From NCBI GenBank assembly GCA_951406725.2, contig CATOCA020000001.1:5270001-5334000 (forward strand): DNA of 64,000 nucleotides, written 5' to 3'. Made by a program: the position numbers and the translations under genes. Source of the stretch: Octopus vulgaris (lineage: Eukaryota). The notes beneath the pieces are model-generated. The model had not been told where the DNA came from, made no database searches, and worked only from the letters and a program-made list of their open reading frames with translations. This document shows positions 15,683 to 28,966 of the stretch, in pieces (position 1 is the first letter of the stretch; every line of letters begins with the position of its first letter).

Positions 15683-16293
15683 ATATACACACACATACAT
15701 ATGCATATGTATACATACACACATACACACACATACATATGCATATGTATACACACACACATACACACACATACATATGCATATGTATACATACACACAT
15801 ACACACACATACATATGCATATGTATACATACACACATACACACACATACATATGCATATGTATACATACACACATACACACACATACATATGCATATGT
15901 ATACATACACACATACACACACATACATATGCATATGTATACACACACACATACACACACATACATATGCATATGTATACACACACACATACACACACAT
16001 ACATATGCATATGTATACACACACACATACACACACATACATATGCATATGTATACACACACACATACATATGCATATGTATACATACACACATACACAC
16101 ACATACATATGCATATGTATACACACACACATACACACACATACATATGCATATGTATACACACACACATACACACACATACATATGCATATGTATACAC
16201 ACACACATACACACACATACATATGCATATGTATACACACACACATACACACACATACATATGCATATGTATACATACACACATACACACACA
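15683..16293. repeat. 38-bp minisatellite with an 18-bp perfect palindrome atacatatgcatatgtat per unit, ~16 units
   Basis: Direct reading; period 38. Confidence 0.93.
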
Positions 16294-16679
16294 TATTTTT
16301 TAAAATTCCTGAATTCAATTGTGTTGTTGCAATAAAAGTTGTAAAAGTTGTGTTTACATGTTTGGGTAATATATTTAAGTTTTTAAGTATATACATGTAT
16401 ATATTAGCAGGTGCTTACTTCCATAATTTTTCTTTTATCGTGCATTTAGTTGTGTTGTTACAATAAAAGGCATTTTTTCATATTCTGATAGGAAGAGGGG
16501 ACGACAAGATGTTCACACAGAATTGGGGATATTTATATTTCTAATTTTTTTGTTAGGTGTTCGTTTGTGTGTCCAAAGCTGTAGATATGTAAGTTCCTTA
16601 ACTTATTTTGAGGGAAATTCAAATTACTCACAGAAAAAAAAAAATTTATATATATATACATATATATTATGTGTGTGTA

Positions 16680-16710
<31 letters not shown>

Positions 16711-16858
16711 ATGTACGTATGTATGTATGTATGTATGTATGTATGTATGTATGTATGTATGTATGTATATATATATATATATATATAACGGGAAGCTTTA
16801 TGAAAATAAACAAAAGACGAAGGCAGGTGGAAAACAAACGAACAATTGTATTAGTATG

Positions 16859-16900
<42 letters not shown>

Positions 16901-17189
16901 AGGAACAGTTTCCATTCAATCATCAACTTACAGATAATACCAATTCATATTATTTATTAACTACTTAAATCCCACGCAGTATATATATATATATTGATAG
17001 GCGTAGGAGCAGGTTTGTGATAAGTAGCTTGCTTTGGATTTGGGAGTCGAAAACTGAAAGAAGCCCGTCGTATATATGTGTATAAGTGCAGGAGTGGCTG
17101 TGTGGTAAATAGCTTGCTTACCAACCACATGGATTCGGGTTCAGTCTCACTGCGTGTCATATTGGGGAAGTGTCTTCTTTCAGAGTCAT

Positions 17190-17700
17190 GTATTACTTGG
17201 AGTCACCCATTGTGTCAAGGCCTACCTCCTAGTCCTCCAACCCACATACAAGAACATCGCGAAATATGACGTTCCAAAGGCATTCCAATTTGAATTTGCA
17301 AACACCTCGCTGTCATCTACGACACGCTGCAAATATCCTAACGGGTTCGTCCCCACCCAGGTACATTTGCTGTATCTGCACAGAAATGACAATCACATTT
17401 TCTTGGCGGAGAACCATGGACTTAATGTGAGTGAGGACAGCTCGCTCATCGCTGGAGGCCAACGCATCGAACGCCTATGTAAAATCTTTTCTGAGGGTCT
17501 CGTTGCAGTATTCGTTAAGCTGAAAGACTACTTCGTTACACATAAGTCCACTAGCTTGTGTGTAGTCTGAACATCTCAGCTCAAAGTTAGCCCACTTTTT
17601 GCTAGATCCAGCTTCGGAGATGACGTTGCAGCGGACCTTCTCGGATAATACTTTCATTGGAGTTGCCTGTTGCTAGGCATTCCGATGAGTACTGATGTCT
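17190..17700 (-). mobile_element. Probable decayed LINE fragment
   Basis: GC-richer coding-like relic with no intact frame; family not assigned. Confidence 0.35.
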
Positions 17701-19647
17701 ACAAAGCAAGGCAAGGGTTAGAGGCAAAAAATGATCAACGAATAAAATTGTAACTGAAAGTTGAAGGAGAATTGTCGAATTCACGAACATTACGGTATTG
17801 AGTGCACTGACAGACAGTATACACAGTTCTGTTTCCTACTTCCTTAACCGCCATTTTTCCTTCTGAATCTCACAAACAAGATCCAAAAGAAATTTTAACC
17901 ACACATACATAGCAGGAGATATCAGAAATATCTTCTCCTTATGCGGCAACGGATATTATTATGTAGCCACTAGTACTTTTCATGATGTAAACATAATATC
18001 TTCACGAAATATATGTAACAGGAAATTACTATATCCTTGGTTAACAGTAGAAGAGCTACATGTTGCCTTCCTTGCTCACATTCCTCCTATTGTAATAGGG
18101 AATGGGGCATGGTTGAATGCTTATTGCCAGGGGACGTGATATATAACAAGATATCTTCTACTTCACGATAGGAACAAGCCTTAATAGGAAAGTGCTGAGA
18201 TGGAGGCGACAAGGTGAACGACGAATAGCCGATATAAGACGAGCAAGGTGACCCTATGTCGAAGTAATCGTGTACAAGAAAGAAGACGACGAACCCTGTA
18301 GCCCTAACACTAAACCTCACGCTAAGACGCATGCATGCATACATACATACATATAGATGCACACACAATGCGCACACGTACAAACGCCCAACACAAACAC
18401 GTACACGCATACACACACCTTAATGAAAACAGTACAGATATATCCACAAACACGTGTGCGTGTATTAAAGAAAAATACATGAGATAATTTTATATTTTGT
18501 CAGACTTTATGTTCCGAGTTCTAATACCGTCTGATTCGACTTCACTCCCATACCCTTGGGTCCATACATTATTCCTGCCACATTTATGATATTTCAGTTA
18601 AAATATCAGTTAAAAATTCAAAAATATAAATTCCTTTGTAAGGGAAGTAACACTAACATCTAAGATTTGTGAAAATACCAAGACTTTTTTTCAAGTTACC
18701 TCCCTTGCAAACAAGAAAAATAACTCTTGCCATGACAAGTGTGAAAATATAATCCCCATTTGAAAACGATGGCCATAATTATAAACATCTTTATACCTAA
18801 TTACATGGGTTAAGAACTTGCCCGTCTCTCACAGATACATTGAATCTTTTTTTCTTCTAAACAACACAACGTAATAGTATAGGTTGTTTTCCATTTCTCC
18901 AATATGAAGCAGATAACATCGTTTCGATATGTTTCCATCGTGGTGCCTATATTTCCACACTTTTCTACAATTCTGAAGAATGCGGATGAATAACGAGGGT
19001 GGTACACACTTGGAGAGAAAAAAATGTTTGTCAGTTGAAGGAGTGATGTACAGAAATTGGCGGCTCGTGAACTTCGCAGATGATGGAACAGTCCCAGATA
19101 TTCGTAGGATCAGGGCACCGATGATATCAATGGAGCTGCTCTGAGCGGCACTCAATGTTATGTTGACTACTTTAAGTTCACGCTAATCCAGGCCCTGTTT
19201 CAATAGGAGACTTTTCCCAGAGAGGCACAACTGGCATCCAGTGTCTGCCCATAGCAATGTAACGGATAACTTGGGTCGGTCGTGAAAGGGAAGTGGCGAA
19301 ACCCGATGCCTGCGTCGGTTTGAATGAAGGTAGTGATGAAGGGATGGGTGTAGGAAGAGTATTGTATCCAGGACTCGCAAGGTTCATTATGCTCATGATG
19401 GTCAAAAATTATTAGTTGGGTTGAGGATTCGTTAGGGAAGTCGACCAGAAACCATAGGCTGTTGAATATTGCAGATGTGTGGCCTTCTGAGTCCAGTAGT
19501 TAACAGTAGAAATACGATGCCTTCCTTGGTTACATTTCTCCTACTGTAGTAGAGAATGGGGCATGATTCGATATTTATTACCAGGGGACGTGAAATATAA
19601 TAAGATATATTCTACTTCTCGAAAGGAACAAAACTTGACATATATAA

Positions 19648-19685
<38 letters not shown>

Positions 19686-20621
19686 CTAGGTGTGTTTATT
19701 TAAATATATATGAGTTGGCAGAATTGTTCGAACGCCTGGCAAATAATTCTTAGCACTACTTCGTCAAAGTGTATGTACCAACTTCAGATTCCGCATGGGT
19801 CGACTTTATACCTTTGTTTCATCAATACAATGTATGTACTATCACGTTGTGTTGTCTAGAAAGGAAACGATTCAATGTATCCATGAGAGACAAGCAAGTT
19901 CTTAATCCATTTAATTGGGTATAAAGATGTTTATAATTATGGCCATCGTTTACAATTTTTTTAACTACTATTTCTGTAGTTCTTAATCCCCCGAATCAAG
20001 ATCGAAGAAAACTTTTTAACCACACATAAATAACAAGCGGTATTTGAAATATATCCTTACACTACAATGAGAATTATTATGTAACACCTCTTCCTTTTCG
20101 TGATTTAAACATAACATCTTCATGAATACGTGTAGCAGGAGATCACCATGTCCAGAGGTTAAAAAATATGAGTAAAACTACATGTTACAATACCTGGTTA
20201 CATTTCAACGATTCTAGTATGGAATGGGGTGTGATTAATTAATTATTTGTGACAAGGGGACGTGAAATATAACTAGATATCTTCTACATCAAGAAGGAAC
20301 GAAACTTGCTAAGGAAGAGATTAAAGTATTGACATGGAAGAGACAAGGTGAACGAAAAGTAGCAGACATAATAAGACGAACAAGGTGGACATAGGTCGAA
20401 GTAATTGTGTAGGGAAGAGAAAGAAGACAGAGACCACTAACACTATGGCCCTAAACTTAAACCTCACACTAACACACACATAAATACATACACACGCGCG
20501 CAATACACATGCACACACACATATCCGCGTGCGTGCGTGCGTGCGTGCATGCATACATTCATATATACATTCATACATACATACATACAAACATACATAC
20601 ATACATACATACATACATACA

Positions 20622-20652
<31 letters not shown>

Positions 20653-20669
20653 TTGAGAATAATACTAGA

Positions 20670-20930
20670 CCTCGAAATGGACCGCACTGCACTGTTCCAA
20701 AAAGTTCCAGCTGTCTCATCTTGGGATTCAAGGGAGCACTGCTATTTAACTCCTCACCAAAATATCGGAGGGATCTCTATGGAATCGGAGTAGATATTTT
20801 CAAGAAACAACTGGACTTCTTGCTAGCCAAGATCACAGATAAATCAATATCAAGGCGAGAAACTCAAGAGGACAGCGGTATAAAACTCCTTCCTTCGCCA
20901 AATGCCAAACCCATAGAATCACACAGTTTG
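20670..20930 (+). mobile_element. LINE 3' fragment (CR1/L2/Jockey group)
   Basis: GALLFNSSPKYRRDL...FKKQLDFLL motif (G..L(F/W)N.LP...FK..LD consensus). Confidence 0.65.
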
Positions 20931-21379
20931 CATGGTCGCTGGAGTGAAGGCAAGTGGCTTAGAGGTTAGGGGTATTCGGCTTAGATTTGGGGTGATATAT
21001 TAATACATGCTGAGGTGGGAGAGAGAGGATTTTCTAAGTACCTTTAATTTTAATATGAGTGACAACACAAAACTTTGAAATACTTGGCTGTTATTTCTAG
21101 CATCACGTAGGACCACCAATTGTGTATTATTCCTCCAGATGCTTCTTAAAGTCTCTTTCAATCTTTCATGCAAAACAATGCAGAATACAGTGTACTGAAC
21201 TGTTTTTTCTAGCATATTTCCCGACCACATGTAGGACAATATATTTGATAGACGCTTCCTCAAGTGTCCTACTTTGATATAGAAAATAACTTTAGGAATT
21301 TCAAGGTGTTTGGTTGCTGTTTCACGAATGATGCGAGACAATAGAGAGGTGAGATTCTTTTATAAAAGTCGAATTGGTT

Positions 21380-22706
21380 TGGGGAGGGAAACAATGAGAT
21401 TAAGGGAAGGAAAGAGAGTGAGAGAGAGAAAGAGTAAAAGGAAGGAAAGAATGAAAGAAAGTGTGTGAGAGAGAGAGAGAGAGAGAGAAAGGAAGAATGA
21501 AAAGAGAAAAAAAGAAGGAATGAACGAAAAGAGAAAGGAAGGAATAAAGTAACGTGATTCTGTAATAATGCATGAAATGAGAGCGGAAGAAAGAAAGAAA
21601 GAAAGGAAGAAAGAAAGGAAGGAAGGAAGGGAGGAAGGAAAGAAGGAAAGAAAGAAAAAAGAAAGAAGAAAGAAAAAAGAAAGAAGAAAGAAAGAAAGAA
21701 AAAAGAAGGAAGAAAGAAAGAAAGAAGGAAAGAAAAAGGCAGGAAGAAATAAATAAAGAAAAAAAGAAAGAAGGAAAAAAAGAGAGACAGAAAGAAAGAA
21801 AGAAAAAAAGGAAGAAAAAAGGCAGGAAGAAATAAATAAAGAAAGAAAAAAGAAATAAAGAAAAAAAGAAAGAGGGAATGAAAGAAAGAGAGACAGAAAG
21901 AAAGAAAGAAAAAAGAATGTAAAATGGAAAGAAAGAAAGGGAGAAAGAAAGTAAGTAAAAAAGAAAGAACGTAAGAAAGAATGAAAGAAAGAATGAAAGA
22001 AAGAAGGAAAGGGAAAAAGAAAGTAAGAAAGAAAGAAAGGAAAAAGAAACAAAAAAAGGAAAAAGAAAGAAATAAAGAAGTAAGAAAGAAATAAAGAAAG
22101 AAAGTGAGAAGAAAAGAAGGAAGGATAGAAGGAAAACGAAGGAAAGATAGAAGAATGAAGAAGAATAAAAAGAAGGAAAGATGGAAAGAACAAAGAAGTA
22201 AAGATAGAAGGAAAAAGAGAGAAAAATAGAAAGAATGAAGGGGAAAAAAGGAAAAAGAAAGAAGGAAAAAAGAAGGAAAGAAAGTGAGAAGGATAAGAGC
22301 AGGGTGAGAGGGAGAGACAGAAAAAGGAGAAAAGGAAAGGAAAAGAAGCAACGACAAAAAAGAAAGGAAGAAAAAGGAAAGAAGGAAAGATAAGAGCGAA
22401 GAAAGAAAAAAGAATGAAGGGTAAGAAGAAGGAAAAGAAAAATAGAAAGAAAAACAAAGAAATAACGAAAATAAAAGAGAGAGAGAAAGAAAGAAAGAAA
22501 GAATGAGAGAAATGAAGGAAGAAAGAAAGAAAGAAAGAAAGAAAGGAGGAAAGAAAGAAAATAAGAGTGAAAGAAAGAAAGAAGCAAAGAAAGAAAGAAC
22601 GAATGAGAGAAGTGAAGGAAGGCAGAAAGAAAGAAAGAAAGAAAGAAAGGAGGAAAGAAAGAAGGAAAGGAGGAAAGAAAGAAAGACAGAAAGAATGAAA
22701 GAAAAC

Positions 22707-22740
<34 letters not shown>

Positions 22741-23515
22741 GAAGATAGAAAGAATGAGAGAGATAGAGAGGAAGGCGACGTAATTCTGTAAAAATGATGA
22801 GAAGAAAGAGGGAGAGGGAGAGAGAGAGGGATGGAAGGAGGAGGGATTAGAGAAATAAATGTTAAGAAGAGAGGAGGAGTATGAGATGAGAGAGAAAGAG
22901 TAAAAAGGCGGAGCATTAATATATAATAAGGTAATAGAGAGAGGGAGAGGGAGAGATAGGGAGAAGGAGAGAGACAGACAAACAGAGACACGGAGACAGA
23001 GAGAGACATAAGAAGCGAGAGGGAGAAAGAGAGAGACAGACATAGAGAAAGAGAGGGAGAGGGAAAGGGAGGAGAAAGGGAGAGAAGGAAAGAGGTAAGA
23101 GAATGAGAGAATATTATATAAGGAGGTGGAGGGAGAGAGAGAAGGATACATAGGTTTAGAAAGAGAGGGAGAGTGTGACGTGGGGCGGAGCGCAAAAGAG
23201 GTAGAGGGAGAGTATGAGATATGAGGTGGTAAAGAGGGAGGGAGCGAGACAAAAAGTAAGGGAGGGGGAAGGAAACAGAGATGACGTATGAGATATATGC
23301 TTTGTGAGGGAGGGAGAGTAAGAGTTGAGAGAAAACGAGGGATGAGGGAGGCGGGGTTAAACAATAACATAAATAAGTGACAGAGGGGGAGGGAGAGGAG
23401 GAGAGAAGGAGAGGGAATGATGTGTGTGATAAGAGAGGGACTATATCATGTATTAGAGAAAGGAAGAGGGGAAGGATGAGGTATTAATACAGAATGAGGA
23501 AGGAGAGAGAAGAGT
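21380..23515. repeat. ~2.1-kb polypurine (GAAA/GA/GGA) low-complexity tract
   Basis: Direct reading. Confidence 0.95.
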
Positions 23516-23944
23516 TTCGAAGTGTCCTTCATTTTCATATGAAACACAAAGCCAAACTTTAACATACTTGGCTGTTATTTCTAGCATCCCCTATTGGACT
23601 ATATTTCTCCACATGCTTCTTAAAGTGTCCTTAAACACTTCCAGTGCAGTCATCTGAGAAGAAATACCAGCAACAACCAAGGGTTAAACTTGCAACAGAC
23701 TGGCATCTCTTTTAGTGGGATGTCTTCTATCCCCGGGTGTTGGAATATGTTGGATCCCGAGAGAGACTGCGGCCTAATGGGCCCGAATATCATGTAGAGA
23801 ATATAACTAAGAAACTACTTCAATGAAGACATTGAGGCGTGCGCAGTCTCGTGTTAGTGTAACATTGATGGAGTGAAAGTAGACATGAACGTGTAGAAGA
23901 CGAATCTACGTCCGGTGCTTTGATTGGAATGTAGCTGTTTGTGA

Positions 23945-24591
23945 GTGGAGGCGCAATGGCCCAGTGGTTAGGGCAGCGGACTCGCGGTCGCTGGATCGCG
24001 GTTTCTATTCCCAGACCGGGCGTTGTGAGTGTTTATTGAGCGAAAACACCTAAAGCTCCACGAGGCTCCGGCAGGGGATTGTGGTGATCGCTGCTGTACT
24101 CTTTCACCACAACTTTCTCTCACTCTTACTTCCTGTTTCTGTTGTACCTGTATTTCAAAGGGCCGGCCTTGTCACTCTCTGTGTCACGCTGAATATCCCC
24201 GAGAACTACGTTAAGGGTACACGTGTCTGTGGAGTGCTCAGCCACTTACACGTTAATTTCACGAGCAGGCTGTTCCATTGATTCGGATCAACCGGAACCC
24301 TCGTCGTCGTAACCGACAGAGTGCTCATGCAAGGGGTGGTGGTGATCGTTGCTGTACTCTTTCACCACAACTTTCTCTCACTCTTACTTCCTGTTTCTGT
24401 TGTACCTGTATTTCAAAGGGCCGGCCTTGTCACTCTCTGTGTCACGCTGAATATCCCCGAGAACTACGTTAAGGGTACACGTGTCTGTGGAGTGCTCAGC
24501 CACTTACACGTTAATTTCACGAGCAAGCTGTTCCGTTGATTCGGATCAACCGGAACCCTCGTCGTCGTAACCGACGGAGTGCTTCCATTCC
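23945..24591 (+). mobile_element. tRNA-derived SINE with internally duplicated body and 12-bp TSD agctgtttgtga
   Basis: A box tggcccagtgg, B-box-like ggtttctattccc; TSD at 23933-23944 and 24592-24603; empty site in copy A near 7595. Confidence 0.93.
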
Positions 24592-25042
24592 AGCTGTTTG
24601 TGAAATGTTGATTACTTGAACAATGACAATTGAATGACCTGATAATACTAATTAGATAAATGATCGTAAATCTAATCAACATGATACATTTTGCAAGTTT
24701 TAACATTTTAGTGGAATGTTTAAAATAACAAATGGAATCAATGCCTCTTCCGGTGGTATTTGATCTTAGTCTGCGGGATTACAGTATTTCATCTAGAAAA
24801 CGAACGGTAGCAACAGATCAGATTTAATCCTTTATTTAACAATTCTAAAGCTTACATTGATAACATTAAATTGGCAAGAAGATAGAATATCAATATAATT
24901 TCAAATCATGCAATATTTTCTGTTTCAAGCCATAGTGAGGCCCTGAAACTCGTTTAAATTACATTATGGTGGATTATACAGTCTCTTGCATGCATAGTGT
25001 TGTATTGAAAGGTACAATTATAGTGTCGTTACAAGGAAAGAA

Positions 25043-25380
25043 TATTTCATATTATATATGGAGAAAATATTATTTAATATTATATATGGAGAAAATATAA
25101 TTTTATATTATATATGAAGAAAATATTATTTCATATTATATATGGGGAAAATATTATTTTATATTATATATGGGGAAAATTTTATTTTGTATTATATATG
25201 CAGAAAATATTATTTCATATTATATATGGAGAAAATATTATTTTATATTATATATGGAGAAGATATAATTTTATATTATATATTAAGAAAACATTATTTC
25301 ATATTATATATGGGGAAAATATTATTTTATATTATATATGGGGAAAATTTTATTTTGTATTATATATGGAGAAAATATCG
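25043..25380. repeat. 28-bp minisatellite, ~12 units
   Basis: Paralog of 8045-8300. Confidence 0.9.
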
Positions 25381-25438
25381 TTTTATAGCATAAAATATCA
25401 TCAAAGACGATTCTTGGAGGCTCTTTTTCAATTTTCAC

Positions 25439-25491
25439 TCAAAAGTTTGTTTCTGCTGTTCTATCCTCTGTTCCATTACCAGTACTTGAAC
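25439..25491 (-). CDS. Candidate terminal coding exon: SSTGNGTEDRTAETNF* (class I PDZ-binding-like tail)
   Basis: tttttttcattatgtttccag| acceptor, phase 1, TGA at 25441-25439; E-T-x-hydrophobic C-terminus. Confidence 0.55.
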
Positions 25492-26904
25492 CTGGAAACA
25501 TAATGAAAAAAACATAAAATATAAAAGTTTAAGCACATTAATTACCGGATAGTATTAATTTGTATATATATATATATATATGTTTATTTCTTACTATTTA
25601 AACTGTTAGAGCTGTTTTCGCTATGTATCCAGTGCAACCCTTAAACAAGTAAATAATATTTCCCTAAACAATAGATCAACGTATTTCAGTTTGTGACTTA
25701 TTCACGAATATGCAATGAATGACGATGCCTTTCATGTTACTTCAGCCAATTGACATACGCTGATGGAAGAACTGTTCTGCTTTGAGACAAATACACTGTC
25801 AACACAAAGGTCACATCCTGTTTACATGGAGTCACACTTTCTTAAAATCTATCTGTACATCTTGAAAATGGCCAGCGTGTATATTTCACAGAAGACAATG
25901 CTCGAAACGTAGATCTGAATCCATGAGAAACTACTTCGACAGCGTTCTTCAAATTATGCCAATGTGATCTGTTTGCCCGAACACTGTTGTACGTAGAGAT
26001 CCCCGTGTACTCTACCTGGGCACACAATATATATATGCACAGATATATTTATTCATTTATATATTTTTTAAATAATAAATAACATGACCATCCCGAAATA
26101 TGTATGTGTATATGTATATATATTTTTACATTTTCCCGAGCAATATATAATTTGTTACGGGATTTGACTAGTAAAAATGCTATTGTCTGTTTCGCAGCCT
26201 CCATTGTTGCATTTCCTCAATATTGACCACTACTTAGACATACTGACCGGATGCGCATAAACCTCTTTTATGCCGGAAATAGATAGACATTATATTGATT
26301 TGGCAGTGGTAAAATGAAATGAATGGAAACGAAGTGAAAAAAATTATATCATTGTTCGGCAATGGGATTTTATTTATATATCTCTTTTATATCTCTTAGA
26401 GATGAGTTAAAGCGTATGAGCTGTGTGTGTATCTATCGATCCTAATTCAAAAATTAATATGATCACTTCGAACAAACTGAATTTTCACTGAGGAAAATTA
26501 TTTGCAACATTGAATAATTTTCCTGAGTGAATTAAAGAAAGTACTGGAATTGTGTGAATTATTCTTCCCAGTAGAGTCTGCATCTTCTACTTCTATACAA
26601 AATAAGAAGAAAACATTTTTGCCCTCGGTTAGACAAACAGTTCCGTAGGGACAAGAAACGGAAAAGCGCAAAATAAAATGCTGATTTATTGAAATTATCC
26701 AAGCTTCGAGAAAATGTAAATGAATAGTTGTATGTATGAGAGAGAGGGAGGGAGTCTGTGCGCTTGCGTGCACGCGTGGGTGTCCTAAGATATCATCCGT
26801 TGTGGTTGATGATGACGACAACGACGAAGAGGTTGGTAATGGTGATTGATGAAGCTAATTATGACGGTAATGGTGTTAGAAAAATGAAGAAACACGATAC
26901 TTAC

Positions 26905-26987
26905 TTTCATCAAGCAAATTCATGTTGAGCAATGCCTGGAATGTGTTCAAAACTTGGGAGATATTGCGCCGCTGTTGACTTTGAACA
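26905..26987 (-). CDS. Shortened SEA-like exon c': VQSQQRRNISQVLNTFQALLNMNLLDE
   Basis: 3' part is homologous to 41980-42134 with the same gtaagt donor; the 5' part is replaced, leaving a candidate new acceptor ctctttaag| in the correct phase. Confidence 0.5.
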
Positions 26988-27233
26988 CTTAAAGAGATTA
27001 ATTGTTTTGTTTCAATTATTTCTATATTCAAATATAGCTTAGGATTGGATCATCATAGGTAAAATAACCGCATTCAGTACGGTTGAGAACAGAAGTAGTG
27101 AAGAAGGCTAGAACTACAAGCGGGTGACTAAAAGTTAGTTTTAAGAACATATTCGTCCAGTACCGAGGCTTGCCCTCTTTAGCATGTAAGAAATCCACAT
27201 GGTGGTCTTCTCTCCGTGTATAAATTTTTATAT

Positions 27234-27271
<38 letters not shown>

Positions 27272-27897
27272 ATTTCCTGGTTGGTTTTAAATTGCGTGTT
27301 AGCCACCTTAATTATTTTATAATCTTCACATTGCCATTTTGTGAAATCAATCACTCATTTTTATGTCATTCTCAATGATATTGACAGGCGGGAGTTAACC
27401 TCCACCAGCCGTAATGGAGTGAGCATTGCTGATGAGTATTAACTTCCTATAAGAAATTACCATGCTAATCTAATCCATCTGGCTTACCGTGGGGAATGTT
27501 CTCCCCCCTGCCAATGCACCATGTGTTTTTATGGCTAAGGTGTCTATGACTATAATTTAACACAATCACTGGTAAAAGTTTGCAAGACTCAACGAAAAGT
27601 TTTAGGAAAATAAAAATAAGAAATACGTTGAAATATTACTAGTGAGTGTGTTAAATTATAAGGCACAAAAAGAAAATGGCTATCCCCAGACAGAACAGAA
27701 TATGCTTCAACACACGAACTCATATAAAGAATCTTGCAAACCAAATCCCAAAACGAAATAGTCTATGACTAATATTTCTAATAATGCTGGTGCTCACTGC
27801 ACTCTTGTCACCTTTAGTGACTGTTAATTATTTCCCTGTTGGTCTTAAAATGCTGATAGCCGCCTTGATTTATATATACACGCTCATATATATATAT

Positions 27898-27937
<40 letters not shown>

Positions 27938-27941
<4 letters not shown>

Positions 27942-28535
27942 TTAACAATTAAGGATAACTTCTTAATAAGGAATCTTAACAAGAAATTATCAGGTAGATA
28001 GCGTGAAAAACCTCATCAGAGAAAAAATTCGAAAATAATTTTTTCCTTTGAACATATTAATTTATATTATATAGAGGGCATTATTACACATAAATGCCTC
28101 ACACTAAGAGGGACATAAGTCATTTCTACCAAAAATTTCACTAATCATACCCAATAAGTTATCCTTAATTGTTAAATTTATTCCGAAAAAACTTTTCCTA
28201 ACCGAAATGCAGTTCGAAAAAGCCCGCCATTTACCGGATATATGATTTATAAGCTTCTCCATATGCTTCGTTAGAAAGAGCAGTTGGCTGTTCGACTTCG
28301 ACAGTGCTGGTCGTTTATTTATGATGTGTTCAGAATCAGTTCTACCGATGAGCATGGACGCAAATTTTGATGCGGTGAGTGCGAAATCACAGGTGATATA
28401 GGACTAAATTCATTTTTTAAATGTCTTGCTTTGAAAAACTGCATTGGGTATGATTAGTGAAATTTTTGGTAGAAATGACTTATGTCCCTCTTAGTGTGAG
28501 GCATTTATGTGTAATAATGCCCTCTATATAATATA
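27938..28535. mobile_element. Non-coding Penelope-like/retrozyme-like insertion in (TA)n with interleaved inverted repeats and a hammerhead
   Basis: IR pairs 27938-27961/28156-28179 and 28063-28155/28443-28535; absent from copy A at ~10800-10870. Confidence 0.8.
28338..28405 (+). ncRNA. Type I hammerhead ribozyme fold (core CCGAUGA variant)
   Basis: Stem I agttcta/taggact, CCGATGA, stem II gcat..cgca..tgcg..gtgc, GAAA, stem III tcac-ag-gtga, UA cleavage site after 28398. Confidence 0.75.
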
Positions 28536-28625
28536 TATATATATATATTATAAATACGTTCGTATATGTAAGTATATCGTATGTTGTATATGTATATATT
28601 TGTATTTATTTGCTTTTCTGAGTAT

Positions 28626-28684
28626 ATTCCACTGATGAAGGCAGAGCATTTCTTATGCAGAGTCAGAAATCCGGGATCTGGAAT
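28626..28684 (+). ncRNA. Type I hammerhead ribozyme fold (duplicate of 10950-11008)
   Basis: Identical sequence in duplication copy B. Confidence 0.78.
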
Positions 28685-28894
28685 TATCCAGAAATGTTTG
28701 CTATTCTATTTTGTCTCTTCGTCTTCTCTCCTGGTGCTATATGAACATTTAATGTGGTTTTACAGTCAAGATTTGACTGCTATTACCCTATATTATAATT
28801 GTAAATAATTGTTACCTTTGATGTTTTTTATTCCCATGCTGGCCACCTGATAAAATCGATATTTAAATATTGATCTTATCCTTCTGTGTGTGTG

Positions 28895-28961
<67 letters not shown>

Positions 28962-28966
<5 letters not shown>

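Noticed and set aside
15683-16293. CRISPR-like array of palindromic repeats
   Set aside because: Spacers are near-identical CA repeats, context is eukaryotic and no cas genes are present.
23945-24022. tRNA gene
   Set aside because: It is a SINE head followed by a repeat body and flanked by a TSD.
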